Positions 30,067 through 39,646 are shown, counted from the first letter of the stretch. The stretch: 64,000 nucleotides of DNA from Candidatus Freyarchaeum deiterrae (GCA_037305845.1 CP147778.1:3296001-3360000); one strand, 5' to 3'. The notes: generated by a model from the letters alone, not told the origin. Numbers and translations are program-made.

Positions 30067-31005
30067 TTAATGTTGGGCGGTTGTTGTTTTAGTTCTAGAT
30101 TCTATTATTTTGTTTATCGTTTCTTTGAGGATTTTCATCATTTTTTCAATGTAGTTTAGGTCGGTTGCAACTAATCCGTGCGCCTTTAGTCCTAAGTATT
30201 TTCCAACTTTTTCCGGAGGAATAGCGTCTGGTAAATCTTGCTTGTTCGCAATTAGTATGATGTTTACCTTCGGTTCTTCTTTCTTAATCAGTTGGTATAT
30301 TCTTTTGGTTTCCTCCAAGTTTTCCACAGTCGAATCGGTGACCAGCACGACAATGTCGGCTCCTTCGAGTAGGGGCTTCCAGAGTTTCCTGTAACGTTGC
30401 TGACCGGAAAAGTCCCAAAAAACAAGTCTCATGTTCTTTGATTCAAAGCCGAACTCTTTAACGTCCACTCCAACTGTTGGGATGTATGTGGGATCCTGCT
30501 CTTCGCCCATGATGAGTTTTCGGATAGTAGTTTTTCCAACCCCTCCCTGTCCCAGGATCACTATTTTAAGGTAGGGGAACAAAATCGCATCCATCTTATC
30601 CTCAAATCCTACTGAAGAATCCTCAGCCGGTATCACTGCATCTGGGTTGATTCCTTCTTTTTCCATGGCAGCCCTGACTGCAGCTGATCTCGGCATGCCC
30701 TTGTGAAGTTTAAGAAATTCCACTTGAACTTTTACTATTTTGTCAGTGAGATATATTTCGTCTTCCTTTTGATCCGAGCATATTACAGAAATCATATCCT
30801 CAAATATAGAGTAAACAAATTTCAGCTTTTCAAGATTCAGAGTACCGATTCTTTCGGTCTGGTCCATGTCTTGTACAAATGATGTTAATTCTGTTACAAA
30901 ACGGAATAAGCGATCTTGGTCAAAGTTGATATTTCCATAAAATTTTTGGTAAAAGTTTCTTCCAAACCTGTCGAATGTGAATACTCCATATATCACTTTT
31001 CTCAC
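30067..31005 (-). CDS. Longin-domain / Arf-like small GTPase fusion, copy 2
   Basis: Same architecture; GQGGVGKTT, YIPTVG, WDFSGQ, ANKQDL. Confidence 0.88.
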   Translation of the reverse strand: MRKVIYGVFTFDRFGRNFYQKFYGNINFDQDRLFRFVTELTSFVQDMDQTERIGTLNLEKLKFVYSIFEDMISVICSDQKEDEIYLTDKIVKVQVEFLKLHKGMPRSAAVRAAMEKEGINPDAVIPAEDSSVGFEDKMDAILFPYLKIVILGQGGVGKTTIRKLIMGEEQDPTYIPTVGVDVKEFGFESKNMRLVFWDFSGQQRYRKLWKPLLEGADIVVLVTDSTVENLEETKRIYQLIKKEEPKVNIILIANKQDLPDAIPPEKVGKYLGLKAHGLVATDLNYIEKMMKILKETINKIIESRTKTTTAQH

Positions 31006-31044
31006 CTTCGAAAACTTTTAACATTTATTTATGAGCCCCCCTCT

Positions 31045-32034
31045 TTAGGGGTGAGTAGGTAACTTGTAGTCGGCAATTAATTCTTTTAGGTTCTGCTTTT
31101 TTGGAGCTTTGACTTTTTGGGATTTTGCTTCTGTTATGTCTTGTATCGTTTTTTTGAGAAGTTCTAGTATTTTTTTTCTGTTTTTTGGGTCGGTGGCGAC
31201 AAATCCGTGTGCTTTCATTCCCAAGTAATTTTCTATTGTCTCTGGAGGAGTTGCGTCCGGCAAATCCTGCTTGTTAGCTACTAATAAGATTTTTATGTCT
31301 GGTTTCTCCGCCTTAATCAGGTCTAATATCCCTTTAGTTTCCGCTAGGTTTTGAATTTTTGAGTCGGTGACTAGTATTGCTATGTCGGCTCCTTCAAGGA
31401 AGGGTTGCCAGAGTTTCCTGTAACGTTGCTGACCGGAAAAGTCCCAAAATACAAGCTTCATTTTCTTGGGTTCAAAATCGAATTCTTTAACGTCCACTCC
31501 AACCGTGGGACTATAAGTTGAATCCTGGTCTTCGCCCATAACTAGTTTTAGTAGCGAAGTTTTTCCAACTCCCCCCTGGCCGAGAATAGCCATTTTAAAG
31601 AAGGGGAATAAAATCTCATCCACGATAAGTTCAAATCTCCCGTAAGAATTCTCTCCGACTCTCTGCGCGATATCTTCATCTTCATCCTCCTGTTCTGTTT
31701 CATCCTCAGCCTTCCCTGCTTTCAATACGTTATCAATGGGTATGAATTCTTTCTGCAATTTTATGAGTTTGTTCGCTATGTACATTTCGTCATCGCTTTT
31801 ATCTATGCATAGCGCGAAGAGCTTAACATCATGAATGGAGTAGACAATTTTCAGGTCTTCAAAACTTAGAGTTTCAATTCTTTCACTGTGGTCAATTTTT
31901 TGTATATAGGCTGCAAAATCTCTCAGCAAACGGAGCGTTAGCTCGTTATCAAATTTAAGATCTTTGTAAAACTTCTGGAAGAGCACTTTTCCAGACCAAT
32001 CGAATATGAATAGTCCATATATCACTTTTCTCAC
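31045..32034 (-). CDS. Longin-domain / Arf-like small GTPase fusion, copy 3
   Basis: Same architecture; GQGGVGKTS, YSPTVG, WDFSGQ, ANKQDL; acidic linker EDETEQEDEDED. Confidence 0.88.
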   Translation of the reverse strand: MRKVIYGLFIFDWSGKVLFQKFYKDLKFDNELTLRLLRDFAAYIQKIDHSERIETLSFEDLKIVYSIHDVKLFALCIDKSDDEMYIANKLIKLQKEFIPIDNVLKAGKAEDETEQEDEDEDIAQRVGENSYGRFELIVDEILFPFFKMAILGQGGVGKTSLLKLVMGEDQDSTYSPTVGVDVKEFDFEPKKMKLVFWDFSGQQRYRKLWQPFLEGADIAILVTDSKIQNLAETKGILDLIKAEKPDIKILLVANKQDLPDATPPETIENYLGMKAHGFVATDPKNRKKILELLKKTIQDITEAKSQKVKAPKKQNLKELIADYKLPTHP

Positions 32035-32263
32035 CTCATAAACTTTTAACGAGTGATCATCAAAACTTTATCTAATGCATTGTCGTCGATTTTTCACAAT
32101 CATTCCATATCAGGAATGTTTAGGATTATACTTATCATAATTATTAAGTTGGAATTGAATTTCTACAACTATTTTGCCAGTGACTATTTTAATCAGGATC
32201 TACATACAGCTTAACATTTTTCCTTTAGAGATTAGGTTTCTACTTGTTGAGCTGATGGTTTGT

Positions 32264-33172
32264 TCACTGAACATCCATGATGGATATAGCGTCCTCTTCT
32301 TTTCTGATTATTTTCATGATTTCAAGTTCTTTTAGAAGGGTATTTAATTTCTTTAAGGGTATGCATAGGTCTTCGCTAAGTTTAGAAACATCGGATTTCC
32401 TTACTCGCTTCAAGAAGAACATTATCCTGTATTTCGGATCTCTTTCCAGAATTGGTGTAATTCTCCTCATGAATTCCCTAAAGCTTTGCATTTGGTCTAG
32501 AATCTGACTCTCTTCTTCGTAATCAGGAGTGGGGGTATATACGAAAGGAGAGTCTCTTTGTTTCTCTGAGAGGCTTAATGAATTTTGCAGCTTTTCTATG
32601 TCTTTCTTTTGATCCAGAATTTTTCTATCCCTAGCCTTTACAGCCAGCATTAATTCGTCTATTCTTTTTTGATATTCTTTAACAACTTTTGCATTGATGT
32701 TCTCATCTTTCTCTGTTTCAATTTTGGTATCGGGAGCAGCCCCTGGGATTTTTAAATCGTTCCCAGGGGGCTCAACTTTTCTACTTCCTTTAGTCTTCGT
32801 CTGAGAGGGAATCATGTCATTAAAATCAAAATTTTGGGCATGACCAGTGACCGAGGAATGCGCTTTCCTTGACCTACTATGCATCGGTGATGACTGTTCA
32901 AGCTCAGAACCAAAAATACTCAATATGTTGTCTATACTTTCCTGTAAAGCATTATCGAATGCTTGTCTAACAACCATATCCAGACCCTTAATAGGAAATC
33001 TTAGCGTTATCCCTCGCACCAATTCGTCCCTAATTTTAACCATGCACCCAATTAACTCTGTCTCAATTGTATCTGAGGATTCTACTTGGGAAACCGCCTC
33101 ACTGCTGCTAGTGACATATGTATACCTTTTTTTCGCACTTTGACTAACTTCAATTTGGGACTCCGTTATCAT
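32264..33172 (-). CDS. Hypothetical protein with disordered linker, coiled coil and C-terminal winged-helix-like domain
   Basis: Heptad stretch YQKRIDELMLAVKARDRKILDQKKDIEKLQ; C-terminal DPKYRI.FFL......VSKLSEDL.IP.KKL..LLKELE..KII wHTH pattern. Confidence 0.7.
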   Translation of the reverse strand: MITESQIEVSQSAKKRYTYVTSSSEAVSQVESSDTIETELIGCMVKIRDELVRGITLRFPIKGLDMVVRQAFDNALQESIDNILSIFGSELEQSSPMHSRSRKAHSSVTGHAQNFDFNDMIPSQTKTKGSRKVEPPGNDLKIPGAAPDTKIETEKDENINAKVVKEYQKRIDELMLAVKARDRKILDQKKDIEKLQNSLSLSEKQRDSPFVYTPTPDYEEESQILDQMQSFREFMRRITPILERDPKYRIMFFLKRVRKSDVSKLSEDLCIPLKKLNTLLKELEIMKIIRKEEDAISIMDVQ

Positions 33173-33512
33173 TAGCGATCCTCTCTTCTAATTACACTTA
33201 ATAGAATCCATTAGTGGGTCTTACAACCAATTCTTTTGTTCAATTCTTATTTACTAATATATACATGGCACTTCTGAAAAGCTTAGTAAACTTTTTAAAA
33301 ATTGGACCTACGGAGAAAAGCGCACGCCTTTTTAACAAAAACCAGAAAGTTTATCCACGCAACTAGTAATAATTTGACACCTTAACTACGCGTTTAGCCA
33401 ACTTAACATTAAATGAATAAAATCAGCGAGGTAATGGATGGGCTTATAAATTTTTTTAAAAAAGGTACCAGTTATGAAACTTGAAGTCGGTCTGTTCATA
33501 AAAAGATATGAA

Positions 33513-34631
33513 CTAAGTACTACTAGGTTGCGAAGATGCGTTTAATTGTGTCATGGATGGTTGGAGGATTTCTTTGATTTTATTTGTAGTTTTGTTAATC
33601 ACGTCTATGGCGTATCCCAGTTGAACTTCAGTTTCTATAGGTAGAACGATTAGTAATGAGTGGTCTTCTGTGATATTCACCAGCATTTCGTTCTTTTCTT
33701 CGCCTCTTATGATAACTAGGTTTAACACTTTTTCTCCCAGGTCTTTGAGAACCTTGCTTGAGTTTAGGATTATGAAACCCATCATGGACTGCGTTATGTC
33801 GTCTTTTTCCAGTGTTGAAGCAACTGGTAGTCCGCTGGATTTGTCTATAAGCATGCTTCCCGGAGCTCCAACTTCTTTGTTAAGGTTCGTAAGGATTTTT
33901 CTGATAAGTTGATCGCTGGAACTTTTCTGGGTGTCTGGTTTACGAGTTGTTTTTGAATGTTTCTGTATGAATTTTGAATAGAGTTGCAAGGTCTCCTGAA
34001 ATGCCTCATCAGCTTTCATCCAGTGGTTACCACTCTCCCCTTCCCTCGATTGGGTCTCTTCTATAGAAGTTCCTAAGCAGACTGTTCTTTTTGCAATTTT
34101 TTCAATCTTTTTAAACGAGCTGGGATCAGAGTCAGTTTTTTTGGAGCTAATTTCTGGGGGTGGTAATAGTAGGAGCTCCGCCACTTCTTCGAATGGGAGG
34201 GCTTCGGGTAAATCCTGTTTGTGAGCAAAAATAACTGAGAAAGCATTTGGGGAGTATTTGGCTAATTTGGTTATTGCTCGCCAGAATTCTTTGCGGGCAA
34301 AAGCAAACAATTGTTCCTTATCAGAATCTACAACAAATACGAAGATGCTAACTTTACTAAAGATGTTCTTTTCATTCTCCGGTTGGTGGTAATCTTCAAA
34401 AAACCTTTCCTGCCCACCAAAGTCGTAGAATTGACAAATGTATTTGCTTTTCCTTTTATCCGGATGCACATCTACAAACTCTGTGGGCTGCAGATTTCTT
34501 AGCTGGTCTGCACCAAATCCGTAAATCGTCTGCCTGAGAATCGCGGTTTTTCCAGCGTCCTGAGGTCCCATCAATAAAACCTTTATTCTCTCATTGTGGC
34601 CTTCTAATTCTGTAAAATTTTGTTTCGTCAT
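33513..34631 (-). CDS. Rag/Gtr-like GTPase with C-terminal roadblock domain
   Basis: KVLLMGPQDAGKT, L.PT, YDFGGQERFFEDY...NIFSKVSIFVFVVD, and G4 as HKQD (a Rag-type His). C-terminal ~120 aa L..LNKEVGAPGSMLID..GLPVAS roadblock pattern. Confidence 0.82.
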   Translation of the reverse strand: MTKQNFTELEGHNERIKVLLMGPQDAGKTAILRQTIYGFGADQLRNLQPTEFVDVHPDKRKSKYICQFYDFGGQERFFEDYHQPENEKNIFSKVSIFVFVVDSDKEQLFAFARKEFWRAITKLAKYSPNAFSVIFAHKQDLPEALPFEEVAELLLLPPPEISSKKTDSDPSSFKKIEKIAKRTVCLGTSIEETQSREGESGNHWMKADEAFQETLQLYSKFIQKHSKTTRKPDTQKSSSDQLIRKILTNLNKEVGAPGSMLIDKSSGLPVASTLEKDDITQSMMGFIILNSSKVLKDLGEKVLNLVIIRGEEKNEMLVNITEDHSLLIVLPIETEVQLGYAIDVINKTTNKIKEILQPSMTQLNASSQPSST

Positions 34632-34865
34632 ATCTCAGAGCCTCCTAATCCTAAATCAGTAAATGAAAGGTTATGCGAAACGGTAACTAAAAGCGGCTCA
34701 TTTCACATTTAATGTATATTATTTCTCACTAATCACTCAATTTAGAAACTATTGAATGGAAATTACTGTAATATAACTTGTTTCGAATCTATAAAAAACT
34801 TATGCGTTCAAGTTCAATTATTAATTGGGATTTGCTGTTGTTATGAAGTTTTGCGAAGGATGAGT

Positions 34866-35969
34866 TTATAGTGATAATTTTAGGTCTTTTTTCTCGAAGT
34901 TTGTGACATTTAGGATTTGTATTATTTTTGTTGCAGGTAATGTGCTGATTTTTTGGTCTGTAAATTCTTTTAATTTTGCTCTGTTTTCCGAGAAGACCAT
35001 AATTAGTGCGTTTTCTTTGCCTGCGGTTTCGCAGACGAATTTTACGTCAGACATTTCTTTAAGCGTGGATAAAACCCTGGTTAGTTCTGAGGGTCCAACT
35101 TCTAGAATAATGAAGGATATTTCTTCTTTTCCTACTTTATGCGGGTTCACAATTGCTGTGATTTCCTCTATTATTCCGCTTTTAAGCAGTTTGTCAACCC
35201 GATCCCTGATGGTTGCGTCGCTAACTTTCATTTTTCTGCTAATCTCGCGGAAAGAGGTGCGTCCATCATTCTGGAGAATATTTATCAAGTGAATGTTTAA
35301 GGGGTCTAATTCCACTTCTCTCTTTCGGGAGGGCTTAATCTCAGTAAGCATGGGTCTATAGGCCAGTAGATTTACTATACTGGGACGCATTCCTTTATTG
35401 AACCTGAAGGAGTATAATTCCTGCCTCAAGGCTTCATCTACTTTAAATTCATAATCACAGTTAAAACAATGCATCCGCCTCACGGGCTGGGCAAAAAATG
35501 CTCCGCACGCTTCACACATATTGGTTTCGGTAACCTTATAGTCCTCCGCCTCAGACCGCAGCTTCTTATTACATTTCGGGCAAATAAGCATGGTAGCTTT
35601 TCCAAATTTTTCCTTAAGATCAATACGCCCACACTCAAAATGTTCTATTACCGTCTTTTGACTAATGTTCCCACTTTCACACTTCGGGCAGGTCAACCTC
35701 AAATGAATATCGAAGCTCTTGCACTCCGGGCAGACAAGCATTACGTCAACAGCATTTTTCTGGAGAACATTCAATTCGCTGAGTCTGTTCAGTATTTCAA
35801 AGGTTTCCAAACTGTTCATCTCCATAATTTTTTCCGCTTCAGGGTATCGAAATCCCAGATTAGCTGAACGCGAAAACTGGGGAGAAAACTCCAAATCCGG
35901 CTCACTCAAAAATCTTTCAATAAGTAACCAGACCCGCTGATCAGACAAAAACGAGACTAATTCTTCCAC
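34866..35969 (-). CDS. TackOD1-like multi-Zn-finger domain fused to an Lrp/AsnC transcription regulator
   Basis: GFRYP...L..L...NVL then CPEC, CPKC, HFEC, CPKC, CEAC, CFNC. C-terminal LD..N..LINILQNDGR.SF.EIS.....S..TIRDRVDKL...GII HTH plus RAM-like domain. Confidence 0.85.
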   Translation of the reverse strand: MEELVSFLSDQRVWLLIERFLSEPDLEFSPQFSRSANLGFRYPEAEKIMEMNSLETFEILNRLSELNVLQKNAVDVMLVCPECKSFDIHLRLTCPKCESGNISQKTVIEHFECGRIDLKEKFGKATMLICPKCNKKLRSEAEDYKVTETNMCEACGAFFAQPVRRMHCFNCDYEFKVDEALRQELYSFRFNKGMRPSIVNLLAYRPMLTEIKPSRKREVELDPLNIHLINILQNDGRTSFREISRKMKVSDATIRDRVDKLLKSGIIEEITAIVNPHKVGKEEISFIILEVGPSELTRVLSTLKEMSDVKFVCETAGKENALIMVFSENRAKLKEFTDQKISTLPATKIIQILNVTNFEKKDLKLSL

Positions 35970-36398
35970 GGCTTTAACCCTCTGACCTTTGCATCTGAAA
36001 GACTCTTTAACTATAAAGACATTCTAAACAAATATGTTTTTTGTCAGAAAGAAGCTCCCAAAAGAAGTAGAGCTAAAAGGAAGCGATCCACATTCAGCTC
36101 TACTAAATCCTCCTTGAAGAACCCTAGTCCAAGCAGAGGGTGAAAACCACACGGGAGAAAGAGAAAACAATTATCCAACTTAACATTGGGTTTTAAAAAA
36201 ATTTATAAATTCTCCAACACTCATCTCATTTCTTTCTCTTCAGGTGATTTATTACCCAATGCGTGGTTAAGGTGTTAAACAATTATTAATTAAGCAGATA
36301 AGCCTTACATTTTTCACGAAAAAAGAGCATGCTTCGATTCTAAGAACTGTTTTCGGAGGCTCTACCTCATTTTTAGAACACCTGAATATTATTATGAA

Positions 36399-37853
36399 GT
36401 GGAACATTTACCGAAATATTTGGTGGGTAGAGCTTTGTTAAGTATTGAAAAAGGGGTTCCTATTGAGATATCAAATCTTTTGGAAAAGGGAGGATACTCT
36501 CTCCATATCAAGGGCTCTGCGGGAACCGGTAAGACTACCCTCGCATTAGAAATAGCTAAGAATTTGTCTCCTAAGGCGAGTGCTATTTATCTTTCCACTC
36601 GGGTTTCACCAGAGAGGATCCTAACTCAATTTCCATGGGTAAGGAGCTGTCTAGAGGAGCAGGACATTATAGACGCCAAGCGAGCTTACATATCTTCAGA
36701 CGTTCAAAGAAATGTGGCGGAGTACACAGATCAACCTGAATTCCTGAGATCCTTAAAAGAAAGGATTCAAAAATCGGAACGCCGCCCAGTAACTGTTATT
36801 ATTGACAGTCTAGACGCCCTGAAATCGAATCTTAACCTTGAAGATATGGATATCACCATGGAAACCATTCTTTTAGAAATTGGTGAAAAAACAGACACAA
36901 ACATGTTGTTCGTTACGGAAAAAAGCGGTGAAAACAGATTAGACTATTTAACAGATGGAGTGGTAAGACTAGAACGAGAAATCCTAAACGGAAGACTCGT
37001 AAGAAGAATATACTTGGAAAAGATACGAGGAGAAAAAATTCGGCAACCATATTATCTTTTCACGCTTAATGAAGGCAGATTCACCTCCTTTAGTCCAAAA
37101 ATTCTCCCAAGTCTCATATACGATATGGATAAATTGGTAGCAAAACAGGAAAACCTTATCCCCACAGGTATAAAAATGCTGGATACTCGTGGTGGAATAC
37201 CTAAAGGATCATTTAACCTCCTTGAAAATATGAATGGTATGGGAATGGAATATGCCTATATCTTGTTTCCCATAATTTTAAGTTTTATTCAAAGAGGTTG
37301 CCCCGTATTTGTAACTCATCCGTATAGCAGTTCCATTCAATCATCTTACATGTCCATTATCTCTCAAATGGGAATCAAAGATGAAAATATTGTTTCCATA
37401 TCCCGAGAATATCTTTACTATTTCGAATTCACACAATTGAAGGAAACCCCCATACTAACTCCAATTCGTGTTTCAAAAGACAGTAGTATAGATGATTTTA
37501 ACGAATTACTCAAGGAATCGGTAACTAAAACTCTCGAGAAACTTGGTGCTGACACCTTTTTATGGCTCGTTGGAGTGGACACTATGGAGCGAATTTATGG
37601 AGGAACAAACTTTAGAAAGGCTATAGGAACCCTAGCTTATGAAACAAATAATCTTAATGGAATTATTATTGCGTTTGCTAAACAGGGTGTCAAATCTATG
37701 GATTCTCTAATTCACCTCTCGACATCCCACTTCGTACTAGATAATGTGGGGGCGCCGGTAATATATGGTGTGACTCCTAAAACTGGAATGTTCGCCATAG
37801 CCACCGAAACAATGAATGGGCATGATAGAATAGCCCTTGTACCAATCGAATAA
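36399..37853 (+). CDS. GvpD-like / KaiC-family double RecA-domain ATPase (second domain degenerate)
   Basis: SLHIKGSAGTGKTTLALE, YLSTRVS, IIDS, LDYL.DGVV.L, LEKIRG, FTL..GRF. The second domain begins PTGI..LD..GG.PKGS and lacks GKT. Confidence 0.82.
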   Translation: MEHLPKYLVGRALLSIEKGVPIEISNLLEKGGYSLHIKGSAGTGKTTLALEIAKNLSPKASAIYLSTRVSPERILTQFPWVRSCLEEQDIIDAKRAYISSDVQRNVAEYTDQPEFLRSLKERIQKSERRPVTVIIDSLDALKSNLNLEDMDITMETILLEIGEKTDTNMLFVTEKSGENRLDYLTDGVVRLEREILNGRLVRRIYLEKIRGEKIRQPYYLFTLNEGRFTSFSPKILPSLIYDMDKLVAKQENLIPTGIKMLDTRGGIPKGSFNLLENMNGMGMEYAYILFPIILSFIQRGCPVFVTHPYSSSIQSSYMSIISQMGIKDENIVSISREYLYYFEFTQLKETPILTPIRVSKDSSIDDFNELLKESVTKTLEKLGADTFLWLVGVDTMERIYGGTNFRKAIGTLAYETNNLNGIIIAFAKQGVKSMDSLIHLSTSHFVLDNVGAPVIYGVTPKTGMFAIATETMNGHDRIALVPIE

Positions 37854-38002
37854 AAGAAAAAAACAATTTAAAAATAGAATTATAACTTTGAAAAGTTAAG
37901 ATAAGGAAGAGATATATACCAAAGTTAATCATTTTTATTACAGAAACTTGAAAAATTCTAAAAAAAGGATAAAAAATATTATAAATAGTGAGGGATGCGA
38001 AA

Positions 38003-38794
38003 ATGAGTTTAGTTGAAACTATACCATCCGGTATTCCCGGCCTAGATGAACTGCTGAACGGCGGGTTACCAAAAGGTAGAGCAATCTTAGTCTCAGGCGG
38101 ACCAGGAACTGGAAAAAGTATTCTATCTGCACAATTCATATACAACGGTGCCAAAGAATACGGTATCCCCGGAATCATAGTGAGCTTGGAAGAACCCGCA
38201 ACAACAATAAAAGAAAACCTAAGCGCCTTCGGATGGGACTTGGACAAACTCGTAGATGAGAATCTGCTGGTGATAATAGATGCAGCACCTATTCAGAGAA
38301 GCACGGATGCCGGAGATCGCGTTTATGAGATTTCCGGTGAGAGCCATCCGATTCTGGGTGAAAGGTCTTTCAATATTGAGAACCTCGTGTCAGTTATACA
38401 TGAGAAGAGAAGAGAGCTAAACGCAACAAGAATAATAGTGGACTCCATAACGAACCTTACACTTCAGCACAAGGACCTCTTCCAGCTCAGACAAGATGTC
38501 CTCACTCTTGTGCGTTCACTTAAAGCAACTGGAGTAACCTCACTCCTTACGGCTGAAAGCCTAAACGTGCACGAGATGGGGCGCTACGGTCTGGAACCCT
38601 TCATAGCGGAAGGAGTAATCCTGCTCTACATGCTGAGGCAGGGAAATACAAAAATAAGAGCACTGGAAATCATGAAAATGCGAGGAATAAATCACAGCAT
38701 GGACGCAGCCTTCTTCAGAATAACAAATAAAGGCGTAGTTCTGTACCCCGAGGAACGTGTTTTCAAAGAAGATTCGCGAGGAATCATCTGGTAA
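38003..38794 (+). CDS. KaiC-like single-domain ATPase (RAD55 family)
   Basis: SGIPGLDELL.GGLP.G, GGPGTGKS, SLEE, IIVDS, LEIMKMRG..H and F.IT..G motifs (alternative start GTG 37988). Confidence 0.93.
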   Translation: MSLVETIPSGIPGLDELLNGGLPKGRAILVSGGPGTGKSILSAQFIYNGAKEYGIPGIIVSLEEPATTIKENLSAFGWDLDKLVDENLLVIIDAAPIQRSTDAGDRVYEISGESHPILGERSFNIENLVSVIHEKRRELNATRIIVDSITNLTLQHKDLFQLRQDVLTLVRSLKATGVTSLLTAESLNVHEMGRYGLEPFIAEGVILLYMLRQGNTKIRALEIMKMRGINHSMDAAFFRITNKGVVLYPEERVFKEDSRGIIW

Positions 38795-39118
38795 CTAAAC
38801 AATCGAAAAAAATAAAATAGGTCTACCCACTCAATAAAGTGAACAGAAAAATTATCCAATTATGCAAAAGATATCTGAGACAAAAAAAGTTTTTAAGACT
38901 ATACAAAAACTCATCTTTTCGGAATGAAATTTCAGCAGCATGATTAACCGCGTAGTTAATACATTTTAATTCTGCTATTTGCGTAGAAATTAACAATTGC
39001 ATCAAGACAAAAATTATGCGCCCTATACTCTCCAATATTATTTATTATTTAACTAAAATTTTTACTGGTCAACGATTATTACATAGACTTTGGTGGAAAA
39101 AGAAAGGTGTGACGTACT

Positions 39119-39646
39119 ATGTCTAAAATGAAAGATTTCGACTATTCGGTAAAGGTTCTAATTGTAGGGGACGGTGGAGTCGGTAAAACGAGCCTGACAC
39201 GCAGATTCGCAACCGGGCAGTTCACACAAGAATATATTCAAACCATAGGTGTGAACCTTTTCACCAAAATCATCGAAGTGAAGGGTCAGAAAATGAAGAT
39301 GCACCTCTGGGATACAGGCGGTCAAGAGAAGTTTAGAAATTTATTACCAAAATATTATGAAGGGGGTAGCTGCGGACTTGTGGTTTACGATGTGACAAAA
39401 CCCCTAACTCTCAAAAAGTGTGGTTGGTGGGTAAGCGAGATAACCAAGAATCGTGGTAAAATTCCCCTGATACTAATAGGTAACAAAACCGATCTTGATA
39501 GACAGATCTCTACAGAGGAAGGCCAAGCTATTGCAGACAAACTAGGCATACCTCTTATCGAAACCTCTGCTAAAGACCAAATCAACGTTGAAAATGCCTT
39601 CTCCCTCCTGGGAGAAATGATTTTAGAAAACGCAGAGAAGCAATAG
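39119..39646 (+). CDS. Rab-like small GTPase
   Basis: DY.VKVLIVGDGGVGKTSL, TIGV, WDTGGQEKFR, YY.G, GNKTDL and ETSAK motifs; no C-terminal Cys. Confidence 0.93.
   Translation: MSKMKDFDYSVKVLIVGDGGVGKTSLTRRFATGQFTQEYIQTIGVNLFTKIIEVKGQKMKMHLWDTGGQEKFRNLLPKYYEGGSCGLVVYDVTKPLTLKKCGWWVSEITKNRGKIPLILIGNKTDLDRQISTEEGQAIADKLGIPLIETSAKDQINVENAFSLLGEMILENAEKQ

Noticed and set aside
33351-33359. DnaA-box-like ttatccacg / replication origin
   Set aside because: Single imperfect match in an archaeal context; no orc1/cdc6 gene or ORB repeats seen.
36043-36177. Leu-rich upstream ORF (…DRFLLALLLLGASF) as an attenuator peptide for the Lrp fusion
   Set aside because: Weak TTG/GTG starts, and T-rich DNA yields Leu/Phe codons by chance; kept only as an RNA-structure candidate.
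36399-38794. Circadian clock (kaiABC) or gas vesicle locus
   Set aside because: No KaiA/KaiB or GvpA/J/N genes are present, the double-domain protein has a dead second P-loop, and no ST phosphosite motif is evident.
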